From IMG/VR virus record IMGVR_UViG_3300030012_002303, positions 1-27,700 of that record: a stretch of 27,700 bases of DNA. One strand, written 5' to 3'. A program made the translations under genes and the position numbers. Origin of the DNA: a virus. Its lineage: Duplodnaviria; Caudoviricetes. Under the pieces are notes generated by a model. The model ran no database searches. It was not told where the DNA came from and worked only from the letters and a program-made list of their open reading frames with translations. This document shows, piece by piece, positions 15,381-24,700 of the stretch (position 1 is its first letter; each line of letters starts with the position of its first letter).

Positions 15381-16913
15381 ATGAACCAAGCTGAACGGTT
15401 CATGGCGGCGTTTGAAGGCTTTACTGCCGCACATGGACAGACACAAATATCAGATGAAAGACGCGCTGGAAAACAAAAGGCGAAGTCATTCATTGTTCGG
15501 AAGCCACTGACACTGGAACTTATCGTCGCACACCTTGAGGGTAAGCATGGCGTGGGTTCTATACCTATCAACGAAAACAATCAATGTAAGTTCGGTGCGC
15601 TGGACATTGACCAGTATCCACTGGATCTTGTTGCACTTGACAAGAAGCTGCGTGACAACGATATTCCATGTGTGGTCTGCCGCTCGAAGTCAGGTGGTGC
15701 CCACATCTTTTTCTTCTTTACAGAATTTTTTAGTGCAGGTGTTTTCCGTGACAAAGCCACAGAGATTGCTGCCTACCTTGGATACGGTGGCTGCGAAATA
15801 TTCCCGAAGCAAGAAGAGATTCTTGTCGAGCGTGGCGATGTTGGAAACTTCATTAACCTTCCGTACTTTGATGCGGAACAGACGATGCGTTACGCTGTCA
15901 AAGAAGACGGAGACGAAGCGGACCTTACCGAATTTCTGGGTATAGTAGAAGCCAGAAGAACCAACCCCAAAGATTTTGAAAAGCTACAGCTTGGTAAACC
16001 TGTCAACGAGTTTGAACAGTGGGCACCGTGCCTGTCGCATATGTTTAGTCAGGGCATACCAGAAGGTACGCGCAACACAGTTATGTTCGCTGCCGCTGTC
16101 GGTGCCAAGAAAGAACAACCTGAGAAGTGGAGAGAACGTCTTGAAGAAATTAATGTCAAATACTGTGCGCCCCCTTTACCAGCTTCTGAAATCGTCACTA
16201 TTCAGTCTCAACACGAGAAGAAGGAATATGGTTTCCCCTGTGATCAAGAACCCCTCAAGTCGTTCTGCAACAAAAGCCTCTGCAAAACGAAGACATGTGG
16301 AATAGGTAGCCACGTTCAGCATGTGGAGATCACTGGTCTGTGTGTGGTTAAGTCCGAACCGCCTGTCTGGTTCTGTGATGTAGGTGGTCGTCGTGTCGAA
16401 CTGACAACCGATGACCTGCAAACACCACAGCGTTTCCAGAAAGCCTGCATGGAACAGATTCATGTCATGCCTCCGATGATGAAGATGGCTGACTGGCAAG
16501 AGGTTGTGTCCATGTTGATGGACGGCATGAGTGAGATAGATGTACCAGAAGAACTTACCTATAAAGGCCAGTTCATGGACCTGTTAGAGGGCTTTTGTGA
16601 CGGTCGGGTACAAGCCCAATCCGCTGAAGAGATCGCACTTGGCAAGCCCTTCACGGACGAAGAAGAGGGGGTTACATACTTTAAGCTAGAGGCACTGCTT
16701 AAATACCTACGCAATCAGAAGTTTGACAGTTACAGCCGTGGTCAGATTCAGGAGCGACTGAAAGAATTAAACGATAACGGCACAGCCAATGGTCATAAAA
16801 GGTTTAACACAACAAAGGGTGACTCAAAACAAATGAGAGTCTGGTGGGTCCCGATGTTTAACACCGAGGTCCAAGTGCCAAGCATCCAGCTTGACAGTGA
16901 GGTGCCGTTCTAA
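15381..16913 (+). CDS. Archaeo-eukaryotic-type (AEP) primase with PriCT-like domain
   Basis: ALDID (DxD), RSKSGGAH, EIFPKQ, GNFINLPY; PriCT-like EGTRN; Cys cluster. Confidence 0.8.
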   Translation: MNQAERFMAAFEGFTAAHGQTQISDERRAGKQKAKSFIVRKPLTLELIVAHLEGKHGVGSIPINENNQCKFGALDIDQYPLDLVALDKKLRDNDIPCVVCRSKSGGAHIFFFFTEFFSAGVFRDKATEIAAYLGYGGCEIFPKQEEILVERGDVGNFINLPYFDAEQTMRYAVKEDGDEADLTEFLGIVEARRTNPKDFEKLQLGKPVNEFEQWAPCLSHMFSQGIPEGTRNTVMFAAAVGAKKEQPEKWRERLEEINVKYCAPPLPASEIVTIQSQHEKKEYGFPCDQEPLKSFCNKSLCKTKTCGIGSHVQHVEITGLCVVKSEPPVWFCDVGGRRVELTTDDLQTPQRFQKACMEQIHVMPPMMKMADWQEVVSMLMDGMSEIDVPEELTYKGQFMDLLEGFCDGRVQAQSAEEIALGKPFTDEEEGVTYFKLEALLKYLRNQKFDSYSRGQIQERLKELNDNGTANGHKRFNTTKGDSKQMRVWWVPMFNTEVQVPSIQLDSEVPF

Positions 16914-18427
16914 TGCAGACCACAATCTTTGGGCCACCAGGCACAGGCAAAACAACCAAGCTTATATCTATCGTCAAGCAGGAACTTGAAGATGGTACAA
17001 GGCCGGAGGACATAGCGTTCGTGTCCTTCAGCCGTAAGGCAGCAGAGGAGGCGCGGACTCGTGCGGCATCTGCTTTGAGTATGAACCCTAATCAGATGGT
17101 TTGGTTTCGTACACTACATTCAATGGCCTTTCAGTTTCTGGGTATCGGCACTAGGCAGGTACTTAGAGGGGCTGACTTCACACAACTTGGCAACATACTG
17201 GGCTTAGAGTTTTCCTCCAACTCTTCTCTAAGCATGGCAGATGGGCAACTCTTTTCTCCGGGCAAGGGTGGGGATGCTTATCTGTCCATGATCCAGTTAG
17301 CTAGGGTGCGTGGGGTCAGCCTCGAACAACAGTTCAGTGACACTAACAACAGGCATTTACACTATCAGCAAGTGAAAGTTGCAGAGCAGGTTCTCCATGA
17401 TTATAAGCGCGACACAGGTAAGCTTGACTTTGTAGACATGATTGAACGCTTTATAGCACAGGGCGAAGGACCGAGGTTGGAGGTCCTGATAGTCGATGAG
17501 GCACAAGACTTGGCCCCGTTACAGTGGCGCATGGTTCATGAGGTGTTGAAGCCACGAGCAAAGCGCATCTATTTTGCAGGTGATGATGACCAGTGCATCT
17601 ATTCTTGGATGGGTGTAGACGTGCGAGATTTTCTTAATGCATCTGATCATAAGACGGTGTTAGATAAGTCATATCGTCTTCCGCGAAACATCTATAACAT
17701 TGCGGATTCTCTAGTAAATCGAGTGGTTGTGCGACAGCCAAAAGTGTGGTCCCCTGTAAATGAGGCTGGGCAAGTTGTCTGGCATCACGACATCATGGAC
17801 CTCAATCTAAACAGCGGCGAGTGGCTGATCCTTGCTCGAACAAATTACATCGCAAACAAGATTGCAGCAGACCTCAAGGAGCAGGGTTACCTGTTCTGGC
17901 GCGAGGGTTCTGGTTGGTCCATCTCACCCAATGTACTAACTGGAATAGAGGTATGGCTTAAATTATGCAAAGGTTTAACAGCTACAGCGACGGAACTGAA
18001 AATATTATCCACGTTATTAAAATCGGATATCGTGGTCAGATCTGGAAGGAAGAAACTAGCCACCCTCGACAACGAAATTCCCTACCTTCTCGACGACGTA
18101 AAAGAGAACTTCTCTATCAGCGACTTGAAAGAGAAGCCTTGGTACGAAGTATTGAAAGTGGCAGAGCGGGAGAGAATATACATTACCTCTGCCCGACAGA
18201 GGGGGGAGAAGATCCTGACGGACAAGCCGAGGATCAAGATATCAACAATACACAAAGCAAAGGGTGGCGAGGCGGATAACGTCGCCCTTCTTTTAGATTC
18301 ATCTAGGGCCTGCGCTGAAAGCGAAGATCAGGACGGCGAGATTCGTACGTTCTACGTTGGTATGACTCGTGCCAAGAAAGCTCTGCATATCATCGAGTCA
18401 CAATCACAATATGGATTTGCACTATGA
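16913..18427 (+). CDS. UvrD/Rep-like SF1 helicase
   Basis: GPPGTGKT, VDEAQD, GDDDQCIY, ILARTN, STIHKAKGGEAD, YVGMTRAK. Confidence 0.93.
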   Translation: MQTTIFGPPGTGKTTKLISIVKQELEDGTRPEDIAFVSFSRKAAEEARTRAASALSMNPNQMVWFRTLHSMAFQFLGIGTRQVLRGADFTQLGNILGLEFSSNSSLSMADGQLFSPGKGGDAYLSMIQLARVRGVSLEQQFSDTNNRHLHYQQVKVAEQVLHDYKRDTGKLDFVDMIERFIAQGEGPRLEVLIVDEAQDLAPLQWRMVHEVLKPRAKRIYFAGDDDQCIYSWMGVDVRDFLNASDHKTVLDKSYRLPRNIYNIADSLVNRVVVRQPKVWSPVNEAGQVVWHHDIMDLNLNSGEWLILARTNYIANKIAADLKEQGYLFWREGSGWSISPNVLTGIEVWLKLCKGLTATATELKILSTLLKSDIVVRSGRKKLATLDNEIPYLLDDVKENFSISDLKEKPWYEVLKVAERERIYITSARQRGEKILTDKPRIKISTIHKAKGGEADNVALLLDSSRACAESEDQDGEIRTFYVGMTRAKKALHIIESQSQYGFAL

Positions 18428-18708
18428 AAGATAGAAAATTTTTTCTCGACACAGCCGAAGGTTTAATCAACGGTCCAAGGGCCAAGGAGTATGGACCTGC
18501 CAAGCTGAACCACATGCGTATTGCAGAGATATGGTCTATCATTCTGGCAAACAAACTAGACGAAGACATCACGCCTGAAGAAGTGGTGGCCTGTATGGTG
18601 GGCCTGAAGCTGGCACGTTTGTCAGAGGATATCAGCAAAGATGATTCATGGGTGGATATCATAGGATACGCTGCTTTGGGCGGGGAGATTATAAACGATG
18701 AAGGTTGA
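18424..18708 (+). CDS. DUF6378-like protein
   Basis: INGPRAKEYG...RIAEIWS...LKLARL...DSWVDIIGYAA. Confidence 0.8.
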   Translation: MKDRKFFLDTAEGLINGPRAKEYGPAKLNHMRIAEIWSIILANKLDEDITPEEVVACMVGLKLARLSEDISKDDSWVDIIGYAALGGEIINDEG

Positions 18709-20572
18709 TCTGTTTGACCCAGAAAGTGAAAGCTGGTTACCGCCGTCTGTCTTTCCAGACCTGACGGGCTGTGAAAGAATAGCGATTGACTTGGAAACAA
18801 GAGACCCGAATCTGACCACACTAGGCCCAGGCTGGTGTCGTGACGACGGGTATGTCATAGGGTATGCCGTTGCCGCTGGAGATTTTGTTGGGTACTTTCC
18901 TGTTCGCCACGAGTCCGGCAACCTACCAGAGAAGAAGGTTGTCAACTGGTTAAAGAAGCAATTGGCTACACCGCACATAGAAAAGGTTATGCACAACTGT
19001 ATGTACGACCTTGGTTGGTTGCGTTGGGCAGGCATAGAAGTACAGGGCAAAATCATTGACACGATGATAGCTGCGCCACTTCTGAACGAGAACAGGCGAT
19101 ACTATAATCTGAACTCTTTGTCCGGTGAATATCTGGGCGAATGGAAGAACGAAAAGATGCTGAAGTCTGCGGCTGATATGTACGGCGTTGACCCGAAAGG
19201 CGGCATGTGGAAGTTGGACTCCACGTTTGTTGGGCGGTATGCCGAACAAGATGCGGCGGTGACATTACGTCTTTGGGACAGGCTACGCGGTGACCTTGTC
19301 AACGATGAGTGCACTGGTATATTTGATCTTGAGTCAAGCCTGCTGCCTGTGCTTTTAGACATGAAGACACGCGGCGTAAGGGTTGACACAGATAAAGCCG
19401 AACAAGTTCAAAAGGAACTGAAGCGCAGAGAAGATGCACTGTTACTTGAAATAAAGGATCTTACCCAAGTCAGTGTGGAACCGTGGGTCGCCACATCTAT
19501 AGCAAAGGCGTTCGACGCTGTCGGGCTGACCTACGAGAGGACAAAAAATACGGATGCTCCGTCCTTTACAAAACAGTTTCTTGCGAATCATGAGCACCCA
19601 CTGGCGCAGAAGATTGTACGCCTTCGTGAGTTTAACAAAGCAAACACTACCTTTATCGAGACTATTCTTGAGCATTCGCATAATGGTCGTATCCATTGTG
19701 ATTTTAATCCTCTTCGTTCAGATGAAGGGGGCACAGTCACAGGACGATTTTCTTCGTCCAACCCGAACCTCCAGCAAATCCCAGCAAGAGACCCAGAAAT
19801 CAAAGCGATGATCCGTGGTTTGTTTATCCCAGAAGAGGGGTGTAAGTGGGGTTCTTTTGACTACGCCTCACAGGAACCACGCTGGCTTGCCCACTATTGT
19901 TCTACACTAAAAGGTGCGAACCGTCACCCACAGATTGATGACGTGGTTCAGATGTATCAAGACGGTGATGCTGACTTTCATCAAATGGTAGCGGACATCG
20001 CTGGTATCAGTCGTAAACAGGCAAAGACAGTCAACCTTGGTATTATGTACGGCATGGGCCGTGGCAAGCTGGCTGGTGTAATGGACATTACACAGGAAGA
20101 GGCGAAAGAATTGTTGAGTCAGTATCATGACAAGGTGCCGTTCGTGAAAGGTATGGCTGACCTTGCCATGAAGCAAGCTGAGAACAACGGTCACATAAGA
20201 ACGTGGCTAGGTCGCAAGTGTAGGTTTGACATGTGGGAACCTAAGTCATACGGTTATAATAAAGCACTGCCCTTAGAAAAGGCAGCGAAAGAATATGGCG
20301 GCAAAGCTGCCATTAAACGTGCCTTTACATACAAGGCACTGAACAGGTTGATCCAAGGATCAAGTGCCGACCAGACCAAGAAGGCGATGGTTGATTGCTA
20401 CGCAGAGGGATTGCTTCCCATGTTGACGGTGCATGACGAACTTTGTTTCAACATCGAGAGTCAGGAACAAGCGGACCGGATAGTCGAGATTATGACAACC
20501 TGCGTTCCTAACTTGAACATACCCTTTGAGGTTGACGCTGCAATCGTAAACAACTGGGGAGAAGTGGAGTAG
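18698..20572 (+). CDS. polA: Family A DNA polymerase with 3'-5' exonuclease (Leu762 type)
   Basis: Exo motifs DLET, HNCMYD, YAEQD; polymerase motifs TGRFSSSNPNLQQIP, DYASQEPR, RKQAKTVNLGIMYG, TVHDEL. Confidence 0.97.
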   Translation: MKVDLFDPESESWLPPSVFPDLTGCERIAIDLETRDPNLTTLGPGWCRDDGYVIGYAVAAGDFVGYFPVRHESGNLPEKKVVNWLKKQLATPHIEKVMHNCMYDLGWLRWAGIEVQGKIIDTMIAAPLLNENRRYYNLNSLSGEYLGEWKNEKMLKSAADMYGVDPKGGMWKLDSTFVGRYAEQDAAVTLRLWDRLRGDLVNDECTGIFDLESSLLPVLLDMKTRGVRVDTDKAEQVQKELKRREDALLLEIKDLTQVSVEPWVATSIAKAFDAVGLTYERTKNTDAPSFTKQFLANHEHPLAQKIVRLREFNKANTTFIETILEHSHNGRIHCDFNPLRSDEGGTVTGRFSSSNPNLQQIPARDPEIKAMIRGLFIPEEGCKWGSFDYASQEPRWLAHYCSTLKGANRHPQIDDVVQMYQDGDADFHQMVADIAGISRKQAKTVNLGIMYGMGRGKLAGVMDITQEEAKELLSQYHDKVPFVKGMADLAMKQAENNGHIRTWLGRKCRFDMWEPKSYGYNKALPLEKAAKEYGGKAAIKRAFTYKALNRLIQGSSADQTKKAMVDCYAEGLLPMLTVHDELCFNIESQEQADRIVEIMTTCVPNLNIPFEVDAAIVNNWGEVE

Positions 20573-20575
20573 AAA

Positions 20576-20785
20576 ATGTTTACAGCAATCTTAGTAGCCT
20601 GTCATGCCTACACAAACGTAGGTTGTTTTATGCTTACTGATGACAGGGGTCCATACAAAACTATGGAACAGTGTGAAGAACGCATCGATGAGATGTTAGC
20701 CAACACGATAAAGGTGTGGCTTGATCACAAAGCACCGTTAGTTGTAACAGGATGGAACTGTAAAAGAGATGTATCAGAAACCTAA
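20576..20785 (+). CDS. Small protein with hydrophobic N-terminus and several Cys
   Basis: GGAG RBS; MFTAILVAC... Confidence 0.6.
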   Translation: MFTAILVACHAYTNVGCFMLTDDRGPYKTMEQCEERIDEMLANTIKVWLDHKAPLVVTGWNCKRDVSET

Positions 20786-20951
20786 GTGCTGGTCATGTGG
20801 ACATGACCTAATATGGGGCGGTGATCATGACAGTGAAGATGCAGATGGCAGAGAATATATTGAATCAAACCTGTCCTGCCCTAACTGTGATGCGTTTTAT
20901 CTGTACTTTCAGCCCCTAGATTGCGATTCTGAGCGACCTGAAGGTAGTTAG
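20769..20951 (+). CDS. Small zinc-ribbon protein
   Basis: CWSCG-x-LIWGGDHD...NLSCPNC. Confidence 0.7.
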   Translation: MYQKPKCWSCGHDLIWGGDHDSEDADGREYIESNLSCPNCDAFYLYFQPLDCDSERPEGS

Positions 20952-20957
20952 ACACGG

Positions 20958-21134
20958 CTATCGTTGCTGAAGGCCCTGAGAATCGATGTTTTTATTTAGT
21001 AAAAACAAACACATAGAAAAAGGAAGGGACTTGCCCTTCCTTGTGTAAGACCCCTTACCTTTGCGGGGCTTGACTATTTTGAGCCTGAATCGTCGTAGTT
21101 TCAGGCTTCTTGCGACTGGGTTTTTGGTTCGCAT
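20958..21134 (-). CDS. arfA: ArfA-like alternative ribosome rescue factor (58 aa, not in ORF track)
   Basis: AAGGAG RBS; MRTKNPVARSLKLRRFRLKIVKPRKGKGSYTRKGKSLPFSMCLFLLNKNIDSQGLQQR. Compare E. coli ArfA ...[21 protein letters not shown]. Confidence 0.8.
   Translation of the reverse strand: MRTKNPVARSLKLRRFRLKIVKPRKGKGSYTRKGKSLPFSMCLFLLNKNIDSQGLQQR
21015..21042 (-). terminator. Intrinsic terminator inside the arfA-like ORF (end of late operon)
   Basis: Minus strand AAGGAAGGG-CAAGT-CCCTTCCTT-TTTCT. Confidence 0.75.
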
Positions 21135-21268
21135 GCTACTTCTCCTTGACAGCAGTCATCGATTATCTGACCACATGTAACACATTGTTCGTGTCCGTGT
21201 ACATAAACTGTCTTGAGATTGCCCTGACACCGTGGGCAGCGGGGTGAGCAGTGTTCCTTACTCTCCAT
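21101..21268 (-). CDS. Small Cys-rich zinc-ribbon protein (55 aa, not in ORF track)
   Basis: MESKEHCSPRCPRCQGNLKTVYVHGHEQCVTCGQIIDDCCQGEVACEPKTQSQEA; overlaps the lysozyme stop and the arfA start. Confidence 0.7.
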   Translation of the reverse strand: MESKEHCSPRCPRCQGNLKTVYVHGHEQCVTCGQIIDDCCQGEVACEPKTQSQEA

Positions 21269-21719
21269 CTGCCAGTGCCCTCATGCGTGATACCAAACGA
21301 CGTGCGCGATTTGGCACCTGCGTATACCACTTCGAGTCGACCATCTGATCGGCTGCTTCATTGAAGTCTCGTGCGTCTACCCCTGCCTTCATTCCGACAA
21401 ACTTTGACAAGCGGGGATGCCCCAGGTTGAACATCATGTTTGCAATGATAAGCTGACATTCTTCTGGTAGGTCGTTCCAGTCTGGGTACAGGCGGTGACA
21501 GTCCTCAAGTGTAACAGCGATGTCCAATTTAAACACGTTGTCCACACGTTCCTGTTCAATGACTGTACCAACAGGTTTGCCGTACTCAGGGTCGTCTTTC
21601 TTAATGAGGTGACCAATTCCAAAAGTTGGTAAATTTAGGTGGTCCAAATATATTTCGTACTTGCAGCCCTCGTCGGAGGCAAGCTCCTGACGTAGCTGAT
21701 CTATGGTTGTTGATTTCAT
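21258..21719 (-). CDS. T4-like phage lysozyme (GH24 muramidase)
   Basis: Catalytic E-x8-D-x5-T in DEGCKYEIYLDHLNLPTFGIGH; NMMFNLG; SKWYTQVPNRA. Confidence 0.9.
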   Translation of the reverse strand: MKSTTIDQLRQELASDEGCKYEIYLDHLNLPTFGIGHLIKKDDPEYGKPVGTVIEQERVDNVFKLDIAVTLEDCHRLYPDWNDLPEECQLIIANMMFNLGHPRLSKFVGMKAGVDARDFNEAADQMVDSKWYTQVPNRARRLVSRMRALADGE

Positions 21720-24700
21720 TGTTGTGTCCTCTGGAAAATCTGTAAGTTCTTCAGCGCATCGATTGGATTGCCGCCGGAAAGTAATGGAAGTATACCACCA
21801 CTGCTCTGTGATTGTGAAGTAGGTGCGGGAGCCGCCGTTGTTTGGGCAGGAGCGGCCCCCGCTTGCGCTACCGCCGGAGGAGTTGCGGTTGCTGCAACTG
21901 GTTGTTGTTGTACTGGCTCGACTGATACTTGAGGTTGAGGTTCTTTTGTTTCCACCGCCAGAGGTTTGTTAGCATATTCTTTTCTAATTTTTGCTATCTC
22001 TTTTACAGGAAACTCACTTCTTAAATCGTTGTCAAAAATGTTTTTCTGAACTGTTCTACTCACGCTCACGGGAATAAACTTTCCAGACAAGGTAGCACTT
22101 AATTGCCTGCCCGAAACTCTAGCTGCTCTTAACTGAGTAGCAATTTGTCTTTTGTTCATGCCAAGAGTTTTCATATCATTAACAATGTTAAAAAGCTCTC
22201 GTTGAATTTTAAAGTTTGCCTCGTTAGCCGCTCTATACGCGTTTATAAAATCTTGTGGTGTTGCGTTAGCTCTGTTTGAAACCGCTGTAAATATGTTGTT
22301 TGCATTTCTTCTAGCTTCAGCAATCTCAAAACCTCTGAACTTTAAACCAGTTGGTTCAATAGGCATTTCAGTAATGCCCGTAAAAGCACGAGCTAATTCT
22401 GAAGACAATTCTCTTTCTCTCTTCATTCTATCCACAGATGAGATGCCAAGAGTCTCTTCTAAGTTAAGACCATTTACAAAACCACGGGCAAAGCGACTAG
22501 CTTCGAGTTCACCAGAGCGAACGTCCACAGGTATGACGGACGGAAGCAAACCATCTAATACATGAAGAAAGCTTTTTCCAAACTTAGCCCCCACAGAATC
22601 TTCTGGATTATACACTCTTGCGCCTGTTTGTGTCTGACCCCCGCGTCCGCCAGTAAGTTGTCCTGCCTGACGAAAACCAATTACATCTGTGGCTGGATCA
22701 AGCACGTCACGAATCTTTGCAGTGATAATCGCCTCTTCGGTGAATGGAGCAAACAGTTCAGCGAGTGAGTCATTTGCTGCCTTTAAAGTAATTTCTGCGC
22801 CGCTCTTACCTTGCAGCCGTCCTTCTTCAGCCCCGTTGATGGCAGCAATAGCTATTTTTTCTAACATGTCGTATGGATTAGAATAGCTATAATTTATATA
22901 TGTGGGCAGGCCAGTTTTTTTGTCTATGCCTGTGGGCAAGAGCCTTGCATTCTTTTCCCAACGAGGTCCCAGTGACCGCTGATACGCTTTCATTTTTTCT
23001 TCACTAACACCTGACAGTTCGTATGCCAGCGCAGACATTCCTGCGGGTAACGCACCAAATGTTGTGATAGCACCAGTTAATCGACGCAGTCCAATCTGTC
23101 TAATTTCTGGTATCTCACTTGCTAACTCATCCACACCACGAGCAATTGTGTTCGCCCCTGTTCTAAGAATCTCATACGGAAAAGCTATGAAGTTACCAAC
23201 AGGTGCCCGACGTAATGTTCTTATTGCCTCTGGTGCCATGTTGTAGTTTGGCACTGTATTGCGGACAATACGAGCAGCTTCTTCTCGTAGAAGTCTTTCG
23301 GCTGTCTCTTCACCAGTAACGGTTATACCACGACGTTTTACCAAGTCAGCGACGATTGCATCGTCAGTTAATCCTGCCTTACGATATGCGTTTTTCAACT
23401 TGTTTAGTTCAAAATCAAAGTTGTATATCTTCCATATGTCATCCCCTGCTTGGTATAGATTCTCAGCTTTCTTACCCAGGTTTCCTACAAAAGCTCCCAA
23501 CTGATTGTCTGTAAATTTACTACCAAACTTTCTGCCAACAGGTATGCCGTTGATTTCCTCCACACCATAACCAAAACCTTTTTGAATTAGGTCTTGCAGT
23601 TCTCGAAGCTGTGCCTGTGTGCCAATAATTCCAAGTTCTTGTAGCTCAGAAAAAGTTCGAGCTGCCTGTTCCGGTGCCACGCCAGTAAACAAGTTGTCGT
23701 AAACCAGTCGAACTGACTCGCCAAGATTTGCACCTCTACCTATATTGCCTTGTGCAAGAGCAAATAGTGAAGCTGTGGTTACGTTTCTAAGCTGAGTGAT
23801 CGGAGACAAGACCGTCTTACCAAATTGTGTAGCACCTTTAACTCTAAGAAAACCTGAATAGGTAGACCTGATAGCATTACCTAGAACACCTTGATCTCCG
23901 ATAACAAGTCTTGTTAGGTCTTGTGCTATTTTATCGGGCACAGCAAAGCCACGAAGAGACCCAAAGTCTCCCTCATCTAGTTTTAGTTTTGTGCCTTGAG
24001 GTGTGGTGTCAGAGTCTAATATTTTATACCCAGAATCTGTAAGCTCCTTTCTTTGTGCTGGAGACATTTCTGTTGTGTCTCTGAAGAGTTGAGCTATCCC
24101 TGGGTTAGCTAATGAACCATCAGCTTTTCTCTGCGTAGCCAAAAGACGAATCCTTGAGAAGTAATCATCTACAGCTTTAAACTCTGCTAAGTCAGCTACG
24201 GTTCCAAGAAAACTTTCTTTTGGGTCTGTAATCTCACCCAATAGTTCACGCTTAAACTTCGGCATGTTTGCTCTGCTTGCAAACAGCTTTGCATTTATTC
24301 TGTGGTCTGCCACTCTTGAAGTACTTCCAAGTTTACCGCTTCCCACTTTTCTTGTGTTGTTTCCTAAAAAGTTCCTTGCCGCTCTTTCCGCTGCTGCTCT
24401 AGAAATATTGTTGGGGTCTACAAACTCAAAGATAAGTCCCTCATCAAATTCAGGGGACATGGTTTCTCTCATACCAAACTGACGCAAAAGGTCCTCTCGT
24501 TCAGCGGGAACGTTGCTTTTGTTAATAATCTTTGATAGTTCTTCAAGAGTTGCTGCTGGACTTTGTTGAAAACCAACAACACCTTTTTCAAACGCTTCGT
24601 TCGTAGGAGTGTAGTTTTTCACTTCAAAAGATTGATAACGCCTGCGGAGATAAGTGTTTATGTTTTTGTTTATCTCACCTCTTAGTCGAGCAGATTCTTT

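Noticed and set aside
18698-20572. Intein, intron or DnaJ-like insertion in PolA
   Set aside because: The 624-aa protein has contiguous exonuclease and polymerase motifs and no CxxCxGxG repeats or splicing motifs.
20958-21268. Single zinc-ribbon-ArfA fusion protein
   Set aside because: Base-by-base reading puts them in different frames (TGA at 21101; separate ATG at 21134 with its own RBS). A frameshift at the A5 run is unsupported.
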